Positions 1 to 6,815 of a DNA stretch of 64,000 bases are shown piece after piece; positions within the stretch are counted from its first letter, which is position 1; every line of letters begins with the position of its first letter. The position numbers and the translations under genes are program-made. The notes under the pieces were generated by a model. That model was not told the DNA's origin, did no database searches, and worked only from the letters and a program-made list of their open reading frames with translations. The stretch lies in NCBI RefSeq assembly GCF_036507355.1, contig NZ_AP027878.1, one strand, 5' to 3'. The DNA comes from Escherichia coli. Lineage in GTDB: Bacteria > Pseudomonadota > Gammaproteobacteria > Enterobacterales > Enterobacteriaceae.

Positions 1-208
1 ATAATTGTCGCCCGGCATCCACACCACGTCCGTCATCCCAGCCACGAATAAATTCACCGCGTAAATCCGGCAATTTATTAGTAGGGTAAGCCTTTGCCAG
101 ATTTGGGTACTTTTCAGAAGAAAATGCTGCTCCGTTACATTTCAGCCACCCCGTTGGCGGAGTGGCTGAGGGCCACGGAACAGGTACGCCAACAGGCAAT
201 GCTGAGCC
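1..208 (-). CDS. Tail-fibre tip cassette A, partial (conserved collar-like 5' segment; variable part lies left of the window)
   Basis: Fourth copy of the ~200-bp conserved unit seen at 550-740, 1040-1240 and 1560-1760; lies directly 3' (minus strand) of crossover site 1; truncated by the window edge. Confidence 0.5.
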
Positions 209-234
209 TTCCCCCAAACCAACGTTTTTATGTG
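209..234. other. Hin/Gin/Cin-family 26-bp crossover site 1 (TTCCCCCAAACC-AA-CGTTTTTATGTG)
   Basis: Two imperfect 12-bp inverted half-sites around an AA core, matching the hix/gix pattern TTCnnnnAAACC-nn-GGTTT; repeated at 723, 1222 and 1736. Confidence 0.6.
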
Positions 235-722
235 GCCCTTACAATGTAATTAAAAGCAACGTTGCGGGGGCGCATTGATATCCATGCCCCGGTAAAATTA
301 TCCTCTGCCGTCCTTTGAGTGCCTGTTATGGAGTTATCTGATGATGCTGGAACATAATCGCTATTATCTCCTGCTTTAGGATTAGCAGGGTTTCCAACAG
401 TTATAACAGAATCAGCAGTAGCATAAGCGATACCTACTTTGACATTAGTAGTCAGATCGACACCGTAATAATCCTGCAAAGCTGTACGAATAAATGTTGC
501 AGTCTGACCACTTAGCAATGAACGCCCTGTATCAATCCCTCTCGAATCATCCCAACCACGGATAAACTCACCGCGTAAATCAGGTAATTTTAACGTTGGG
601 TAAACCTTTGCCAGATTTGGGTACTTTTCAGAAGAAAATGCTGCTCCGTTACATTTCAGCCACCCCGTTGGTGGTGTGGCGGAGGGCCACGGAACAGGCA
701 CACCAACGGGCAGCGCCGAGCC
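228..722 (-). CDS. Tail-fibre C-terminal tip cassette B (collar-like N-part plus variable tip)
   Basis: ORF-track 228..701 extended to site 2; begins VPVPWPSATPPTGWLKCNGAAFSSEKYPNLAKVYPTLKLPDLRGEFIRGWDD; ends RPRNVAFNYIVRAT with its TAA stop inside site 1. Confidence 0.6.
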   Translation of the reverse strand, partial: GSALPVGVPVPWPSATPPTGWLKCNGAAFSSEKYPNLAKVYPTLKLPDLRGEFIRGWDDSRGIDTGRSLLSGQTATFIRTALQDYYGVDLTTNVKVGIAYATADSVITVGNPANPKAGDNSDYVPASSDNSITGTQRTAEDNFTGAWISMRPRNVAFNYIVRAT

Positions 723-748
723 TTCCCCTAAACCAACGTTTTTATGCC
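723..748. other. Hin/Gin/Cin-family crossover site 2 (TTCCCCTAAACC-AA-CGTTTTTATGCC)
   Basis: Same 26-bp pattern and orientation as site 1. Confidence 0.6.
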
Positions 749-1221
749 GCCCTTACGATGTACGTTGCGGGGGCGCAATATGCGATATTTCGTGGACCTG
801 GTGCACTCCCGCCAAATTTCTATTACCGAGTTATCGAGAATGAAATTGTCGGTGATGGAATCTGGCGGATTTCCCTGTCGATTTGATCATCAATAACAAA
901 ATTAATTGCGTGCATTTTTTACCATTGTCGCTATCCCATTTCCTTTTGTGTCGTAACGCATTGAGACTACACAATATGTCGGTGCTTTTCCAGCATTCCT
1001 GTCTGAATGCTCAATAAAGCACGTCCCGCATCCACCCCGCGCCCATCATCCCAGCCACGGATAAATTCACCGCGTAAATCCGGTAATTTATTGGTGGGGT
1101 AGGCTTTTGCCAGTTTGGGATACATTTCAGAAGAAAATGCTGCACCATTGCATTTCAGCCAGCCCGTTGGTGGTGTGGCGGAGGGCCACGGAACAGGCAC
1201 ACCAACGGGCAGTGCAGAGCC
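749..1221 (-). pseudogene. Degenerate tail-fibre tip cassette C
   Basis: Conserved collar N-part intact (ORF 967..1230) but the reading frame stops after ~87 codons; about 200 bp of non-coding remnant follows; the conserved 3' end carries an 11-bp deletion relative to 1248-1275. Confidence 0.45.
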
Positions 1222-1247
1222 TTCCCCCAAACCAACGTTTTTATGCC
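1222..1247. other. Hin/Gin/Cin-family crossover site 3 (TTCCCCCAAACC-AA-CGTTTTTATGCC)
   Basis: Same 26-bp pattern and orientation. Confidence 0.6.
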
Positions 1248-1735
1248 GCCCTTACGATGTAATTAAATGCAACGTTGCGAGGGCGAGTTTCTGTACCTAC
1301 ATTTCCACTAATTTCACCATAACGTTTAACACTACGAGAGCTAATAGCTCGTAGTGAGGAAGGCACCTTATGACCGGGTTCGTCCGTTTTAACTATTCCC
1401 CCGTCACCGTATGTAGCTAGTATTCCTGGATTTACGCCTTCCCGTGCACTTCCTGCGGCGAGTCCGTTCCCTGTCCATAATTCCATATAGTGTGCATGGT
1501 CCAAAATTGTGTGTGGCTGCCAATTAAGCAAAGCGCGGCCAGCATCCACCCCGCGCCCATCATCCCAGCCACGGATAAACTCACCGCGTAAATCAGGTAA
1601 TTTTAACGTTGGGTAAACCTTTGCCAGATTTGGGTACTTTTCAGAAGAAAATGCTGCACCATTGCATTTCAGCCACCCCGTTGGCGGTGTGGCTGAGGGC
1701 CATGGAATAGGTACACCAACGGGCAGCGCCGAGCC
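1241..1735 (-). CDS. Tail-fibre C-terminal tip cassette D
   Basis: Conserved collar N-part at 1560-1735 reads in frame into ORF 1241..1549; ends RPRNVAFNYIVRAA with its TAA stop inside site 3. Confidence 0.55.
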   Translation of the reverse strand, partial: GSALPVGVPIPWPSATPPTGWLKCNGAAFSSEKYPNLAKVYPTLKLPDLRGEFIRGWDDGRGVDAGRALLNWQPHTILDHAHYMELWTGNGLAAGSAREGVNPGILATYGDGGIVKTDEPGHKVPSSLRAISSRSVKRYGEISGNVGTETRPRNVAFNYIVRAA

Positions 1736-1761
1736 TTCCCCTAAACCAACGTTTTAGTCTT
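1736..1761. other. Boundary crossover site 4 (TTCCCCTAAACC-AA-CGTTTTAGTCTT)
   Basis: Left half-site conserved, right half diverges into unique DNA; lies 55 bp upstream of the invertase gene. Confidence 0.55.
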
Positions 1762-1815
1762 AATCCCTACCTATACCAACGATGTATTTTTAACTAAACA
1801 AAGAGGTTGTTTTTC

Positions 1816-2388
1816 ATGCAAATTGGCTACATTCGTGTGTCAACAAATGACCAAAACACAGATTTACAAAGAAATGCACTGAACTGCGCAGGATGTGAAC
1901 TGATTTTTGAAGATAAAATAAGCGGAACAAAGTCAGCCAGACCAGGCTTGAAAAAGCTGCTCAGAACGTTATCAGAAGGAGATACGCTGGTTGTCTGGAA
2001 GCTGGATAGGCTTGGCAGAAGTATGAAACACCTTATCACGCTTATAGAGGAGTTGCGGGAAAAAGGTGTTAATTTCCGTAGTCTGACAGACAGTATTGAC
2101 ACATCAACACCCATGGGGCGTTTCTTTTTTCATGTCATGGGTGCTTTAGCAGAAATGGAACGTGAATTAATTGTTGAGAGAACACTGGCCGGACTGGCAG
2201 CTGCACGCGAACAGGGACGCATTGGCGGACGTCGCCCGAAGTTGACAAAAGAACAACATGAGCAAATAGCGAGGTTGATCGAAAATGGCTACAGCAGGAA
2301 ACAGTTGGCAATTATTTACGATATCGGTGTATCGACGATTTATCGTTATCATCCTGTAGAGAAGCGCCAAACTCAATCTGAGCTGTAA
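1816..2388 (+). CDS. cin: Serine DNA invertase (Hin/Gin/Cin family)
   Basis: 190 aa; GYIRVSTNDQNTDLQRNAL, VVWKLDRLGRSMKHL, MGRFFFHVMGALAEMERELIVERT and a C-terminal HTH; ATG at 1816 follows an AAAGAGG ribosome-binding site. Confidence 0.85.
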   Translation: MQIGYIRVSTNDQNTDLQRNALNCAGCELIFEDKISGTKSARPGLKKLLRTLSEGDTLVVWKLDRLGRSMKHLITLIEELREKGVNFRSLTDSIDTSTPMGRFFFHVMGALAEMERELIVERTLAGLAAAREQGRIGGRRPKLTKEQHEQIARLIENGYSRKQLAIIYDIGVSTIYRYHPVEKRQTQSEL

Positions 2389-2823
2389 TTCTAATGCCGC
2401 GTCGGTGTAATTTATCTTGATAGAATAGGTACATTTATCGCGCGGCACATCAATTCGATGTATCTAGCGCCTGCTGACCGCTAATGAAAACTGTTCTCGA
2501 AATGTTGTCCCTAGTCCGAGACTAGGGTATCACCTCTGGAAAGCATACGCAGAACCTTTTTTAACCCAGGGTGCCCAGCCTTTTTGCTGCTCGCCTTATT
2601 CGCAAAAATTAGCTCACATCCTGCGCTTTCAAGTGCTTTTCACTGCATAGCTGTGTTTTGTTCATTTGTCTATATGCGTACATAGCCTATTAGCATATTT
2701 TTTGCCCACTATCGTTATTTATTGCAAGCCACAGGTTTTAATTAACAAAACCAGTGTGTGTGGAAATCACAAAGTGCATACCGTTCTCAAATGTTGTTCA
2801 ACTTACTGTTGTATAGGTAAAAA

Positions 2824-3087
2824 ATGACATTTTATGTACATATCGTGATGTTATCCCTTCTTGGTGGGGTGTATTCGTATTTGAGTGGGCTATGTGAAAA
2901 CCGTTACGAGTCTTCATGCAAGAAATTGCTGGCCGAATGTATTTCCGCCGTACTTGCTGGCTTTATTGGCATGTATCTCGCGGAATATAAGGACATGAAT
3001 GAAAGCCTTCAGAGCTGCATGGTTCTTATTTTCAGCGCCAATAGCAGGCTTATTATTGAAGGTTCCAAAAGTCGGTTGAATAGGTAA
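2824..3087 (+). CDS. Small two-TM membrane protein (lysis-associated, holin-like)
   Basis: 87 aa with two hydrophobic segments; first gene of the lysis/dar operon. Confidence 0.4.
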   Translation: MTFYVHIVMLSLLGGVYSYLSGLCENRYESSCKKLLAECISAVLAGFIGMYLAEYKDMNESLQSCMVLIFSANSRLIIEGSKSRLNR

Positions 3088-3161
3088 GTCTCTTATGCAA
3101 CATAACCGGTTGAGAAGTTACTTTGCATACCATTACCTCCTGACAACGTAGGAGGGAACTT

Positions 3162-3491
3162 GTGCTTGACACACAGGAATTAGCTCCAGTTGCTATTGCG
3201 CTCCTGCTTTCAGTAATTGGTGGGATAGGCACGTTCCTGATGGATGTCCGAGACGGTCGCCAGTCTGGCAATTTGTTGGGATTGGTTACGGAGATCTTTG
3301 TTGCAGTGACAGCTGGCGCGGTGGCGTACCTATTGGGGCAACACGAGGGCTGGGAGTTATCAATTACGTACTTAATGGTAACGATAGCCAGCAATAACGG
3401 TCATGAGGTGATTTCAGGGATGAAACGAGTGAATATCGATAGCATTCTGAATGTTCTTACAAGTTTGGTGAAAAAGGGAGGCGGGAAATGA
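3162..3491 (+). CDS. lydA: Holin-like membrane protein
   Basis: 109 aa with two to three TM helices; position as in the P1 lydA-lydB-dar operon (symbol by position). Confidence 0.5.
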   Translation: MLDTQELAPVAIALLLSVIGGIGTFLMDVRDGRQSGNLLGLVTEIFVAVTAGAVAYLLGQHEGWELSITYLMVTIASNNGHEVISGMKRVNIDSILNVLTSLVKKGGGK

Positions 3492-3931
3492 TTGGCTGGG
3501 GTGTATGCGTTCTTGCGTTAGCCTTAGCCGATCGCTATTTGCTAAAACGCAAGGACATCACGCATTTAGAACTTGGTGATGTGGAAATTAAACCGGGTTT
3601 CATCCGGGTGCCGTTCAAATACCGGTCTAAATTCCCGTTTTTGCGCGGCGCAACGGTCAGATATTGGATCCGCGATGTTCAGAAGCCGACGACAGTGATT
3701 GAAGGCGAACAACGTTGTTTGACGTCGGCTGAACAGGGCGAAAACAGTGAATGGTTGTACATACCCACTGAATATATGGGTAAAGGAGAGCGACTGTGGC
3801 ATTTCAACGTCATGGTTACGCATGGCGACTCGTTCATTAACCCGTTGTATCGGATTTTCCCTGTTACTCAGCAAATCCGCAGAAGTTACGTAATAAATCT
3901 CGCACAGGATGTGTCAGATGACGAAAAATAA
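3488..3931 (+). CDS. lydB: Antiholin-like protein
   Basis: 147 aa; N-terminal hydrophobic segment; start overlaps the upstream stop (translational coupling). Confidence 0.45.
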   Translation: MIGWGVCVLALALADRYLLKRKDITHLELGDVEIKPGFIRVPFKYRSKFPFLRGATVRYWIRDVQKPTTVIEGEQRCLTSAEQGENSEWLYIPTEYMGKGERLWHFNVMVTHGDSFINPLYRIFPVTQQIRRSYVINLAQDVSDDEK

Positions 3932-4520
3932 GTATGCAACGGTCGATTTTGACCAGGTTAATGAAAAGGGGCTGAAATCCCTTATCGCGGCGATCAATAA
4001 AACCGGTGTTACGGTAATTGAGGTTGACTCCAGCAACCGCGCAACAACGAAAGATGGCGTTAAAGTTAAAACCGCAAAGCTGGTTCTTAACGACGGACAA
4101 ATTCTTGCCATGCAGGTAAACGATACTGGCGATATATCGTCTGTGAGGCTGAATGGAAAAGCTATTCCTAACGCTCAGTCGCCGGATATCAAGACGCTTG
4201 GTACCGTCATGGGGCAAGCGGCCCGCAAAAACTCCGCAAAATTCCAGAAATCACTGATCGCCAAAGCGAAACGTGTTGCCAATCCGGTAGACAAGAAACC
4301 GGCAGTAAAATCCAACTTTCAGCGCCTGCAAGAGGCAAAACAGCGGAATGCTCAGGTGGTTGCCGCTTATAAATCAGCGCAGAACTCGGTGTCTTTCAAT
4401 CAACAGCAGATCACTGATTTGCGGGCGAAGCTGGATAAGGAGACAGGCCGACTCAATAACGAAAAGGCCCGAAATGGCGAACTCAAACGCCGTCTTAAGC
4501 AACTGAAAGCAGGAAATTAA
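3909..4520 (+). CDS. hdf: Head/antirestriction accessory protein (Hdf-like)
   Basis: 203 aa; immediately upstream of and coupled to darA; coiled-coil C-terminal half; symbol by position. Confidence 0.5.
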   Translation: MCQMTKNKYATVDFDQVNEKGLKSLIAAINKTGVTVIEVDSSNRATTKDGVKVKTAKLVLNDGQILAMQVNDTGDISSVRLNGKAIPNAQSPDIKTLGTVMGQAARKNSAKFQKSLIAKAKRVANPVDKKPAVKSNFQRLQEAKQRNAQVVAAYKSAQNSVSFNQQQITDLRAKLDKETGRLNNEKARNGELKRRLKQLKAGN

Positions 4521-4521
4521 C

Positions 4522-6441
4522 ATGGAACAGTTCAATATCAATAAAGGGGTGACGATCAAGCCTGGGCTTGACGTGCTTCCCCCGCCAGTGACTGATGATG
4601 AATATCGCGCATTAATGGCCGGTGAGGACCGCTATCTGATGACGGAATCCAACACCCTGGAAGAAATCGAGGCTACGTTCTTCTATGACACGCCGATCCA
4701 CTGGTGTGCTACGGATTTACTGGAGGCGATTAGTTCTACTCGTTTGCAGTTACACCGGACCATGCAGGCATTTGTCCGGGCATTGAACCAGAAGCTGAAT
4801 GGTACCGGAATATCTGCGGGGAGTGATAAAACGGGGGATGTGGCCCAGAGCGGCGCGCGCGCGATCGGCGGCGCTGAAATTGGCCGGGCACGTAACGTTA
4901 ACGGGCTGCCAGTCCTGCCAGCCATTATTCCGCTCAGTGATGGTCAGACTATCAGCATTCTGTTTCATAGCCCGACAGCGGAAAACCGGATCACCAATAG
5001 CGATACGCTGATTGCTTTCCAGTTCTTACTGAATAAAAAAGACGTTACTCATACCGTTGCTCCGATGAGTGGACGTGATATGACGCTGGCGCAGGTCACC
5101 ATGAAACTTGCCAACCTTGCAGAGAAAAACTCGGCAAAATTCCAGCGTGCGCAGAAGAAGAAAAAAGCCCTTGTTGATGAAATAACCCAACTACAGGCTG
5201 ACAGTGACCAGAAAGAGGATGCCATGAGCGACCTCGTGGATCAGGTGGCAGCGGTAGAAGGGCAGAAGGCAGATCTGGAGCAGAAAATTAACGCTGTTGC
5301 ATCGGAAGCGGATTCTCTTTATGAAGAGAATGAGCGTTTGCAGACGGAGATTGATCAGCTCAATCGCACTGGTGGGCGCGATACCATTGCTCCTGCGGGG
5401 ATGACTGGTGGACACTCTCGCGCGATGATGGATCGCCTTGCCAGTATCAAAAATCGTATGCATATGAACGGGGAAGTGACGCTCAGTAATGGTGCATCAA
5501 TGAAGCAATTCATTGAGGACGGCGAAGGGTATATCCAGTTAACCGATTCGGATGGCAGCGTGTACATGATCAAGGCTAAATCCATACAGGGTGTGGACAT
5601 GGCAGATGCGATCGGCAAGCTGTTTAAAGCCTATAAAGCGGGTAATGTATCGGAATACCAGGTCCAACCAGAAGAACATAAACCGGAAAACGTCGAACCT
5701 GAACCAGCGGAGGATACCGGTAGCTCTTCGCCTGAACCAGAAGTCTCTGTAGGTGCATATCGATATGCCCTGCAAATGCGTCCGGCGGCCCCTGGCGCAA
5801 TACCTGAAGGTAACAAAGCAATTCTGCCGCGCCCTGATGAAGGTGACCCGTATTATGAATATGCACGCTACGGCATTGCTACTTACGATACCCCGCTTTC
5901 TGATCAGCAAATGAGTGAGTACGACCTGAAGTTATTGCCTCGCGAGGATTCTTTCGACTTCCTGGCGAAGACACTTACTAATGGTCCGTTTGGCAAATAT
6001 GCACAAAAAGCTCTGGAGCTGGCCACCAGCTCACCAGACGAGTTCCGCGTAATGCTGAAAACTCAGTTTCAAAAAACTTTCCCCAATATTGCGTTTCCGG
6101 GGGGCGCTGGCACCGAGAAAATGGTGCAGAGCATGATCAATGCATTGCAGGCCGAAGTCGGTGAGATTACTCAGCCAGAACCTGCCCCGGCACAGCCTGA
6201 TGAAACGGTTAGCGAAGCAGATGCAGAGGCTAATAAAGCCATTGAATATCTCAATAACGTGATGGATATGCAAAGCACTGACATGGCGGAGATCCGTAAC
6301 GCCCGGGGTAATGTCCGGGAAGCGATTGCAGCCCTTCAGGCTGCCGGGCGTTTTGAGGAAAACGAAGAGCTGGTTAATGGCGCTGCTCGCCACCTGGCTG
6401 ATCTGCTGGTAGCAATCCAGAAAGCGGGGGTAGCGGCATGA
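4522..6441 (+). CDS. darA: DarA-like virion antirestriction protein
   Basis: 639 aa; central coiled coil and Pro/Glu-rich linker; size and operon position match P1 DarA. Confidence 0.65.
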   Translation: MEQFNINKGVTIKPGLDVLPPPVTDDEYRALMAGEDRYLMTESNTLEEIEATFFYDTPIHWCATDLLEAISSTRLQLHRTMQAFVRALNQKLNGTGISAGSDKTGDVAQSGARAIGGAEIGRARNVNGLPVLPAIIPLSDGQTISILFHSPTAENRITNSDTLIAFQFLLNKKDVTHTVAPMSGRDMTLAQVTMKLANLAEKNSAKFQRAQKKKKALVDEITQLQADSDQKEDAMSDLVDQVAAVEGQKADLEQKINAVASEADSLYEENERLQTEIDQLNRTGGRDTIAPAGMTGGHSRAMMDRLASIKNRMHMNGEVTLSNGASMKQFIEDGEGYIQLTDSDGSVYMIKAKSIQGVDMADAIGKLFKAYKAGNVSEYQVQPEEHKPENVEPEPAEDTGSSSPEPEVSVGAYRYALQMRPAAPGAIPEGNKAILPRPDEGDPYYEYARYGIATYDTPLSDQQMSEYDLKLLPREDSFDFLAKTLTNGPFGKYAQKALELATSSPDEFRVMLKTQFQKTFPNIAFPGGAGTEKMVQSMINALQAEVGEITQPEPAPAQPDETVSEADAEANKAIEYLNNVMDMQSTDMAEIRNARGNVREAIAALQAAGRFEENEELVNGAARHLADLLVAIQKAGVAA

Positions 6442-6803
6442 CACTATCAGCTATTGAGTTAATGGATCTCAGCGATAAGTTGGATGCTCTGATGTCCAAA
6501 GCGGCTACCGCGAGTGGCATGGAGTTGCTGGATATCAGCGATGAAATTGACCAGATCATGCAACAGATGGGGTACGGTGTGTCCGGCGGCAGTAGTGGCG
6601 AGGAAAAACAACCTTCGGTACATGATGGTGTGCCAAAACTGGTTGCTGATTTCCTGGCTGATAAATTCGTCGATCAGAGCACCGATGCATTTATCGGTAC
6701 CTTGCAGGATTTGAGTCAATATGTTGGCACATACATCGACCTGGACCAGGTTAAACAGCACACGGCGGCATGGATAGCCGCCAACATTAAAGAGGCAGCA
6801 TAA
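6438..6803 (+). CDS. ddrA: DdrA-like small acidic protein
   Basis: 121 aa; overlaps the darA stop; symbol by position. Confidence 0.45.
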   Translation: MTLSAIELMDLSDKLDALMSKAATASGMELLDISDEIDQIMQQMGYGVSGGSSGEEKQPSVHDGVPKLVADFLADKFVDQSTDAFIGTLQDLSQYVGTYIDLDQVKQHTAAWIAANIKEAA

Positions 6804-6815
6804 GGCGTAACAGGG

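Noticed and set aside
596-1354. Plus-strand ORFs 596..886 and 1115..1354 inside the cassette repeats
   Set aside because: They are opposite-strand shadows of the conserved collar segment, repeat with the unit and have no start context; the minus-strand cassette frames explain the conservation.
1-1761. Possible CRISPR array suggested by regularly spaced repeats
   Set aside because: The repeats are about 200 bp, protein-coding and contain Hin-family crossover sites; the spacing and unit length do not fit CRISPR, and there are no cas genes.
2509-2527. Perfect 8-bp-stem hairpin (CCCTAGTC-CGA-GACTAGGG) downstream of the invertase gene
   Set aside because: No T-run follows, so it is not a convincing intrinsic terminator; it could be a protein-binding palindrome but nothing else supports a call.
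4683-6444. Minus-strand ORFs overlapping darA
   Set aside because: Embedded in a long coherent plus-strand gene; no independent signals.
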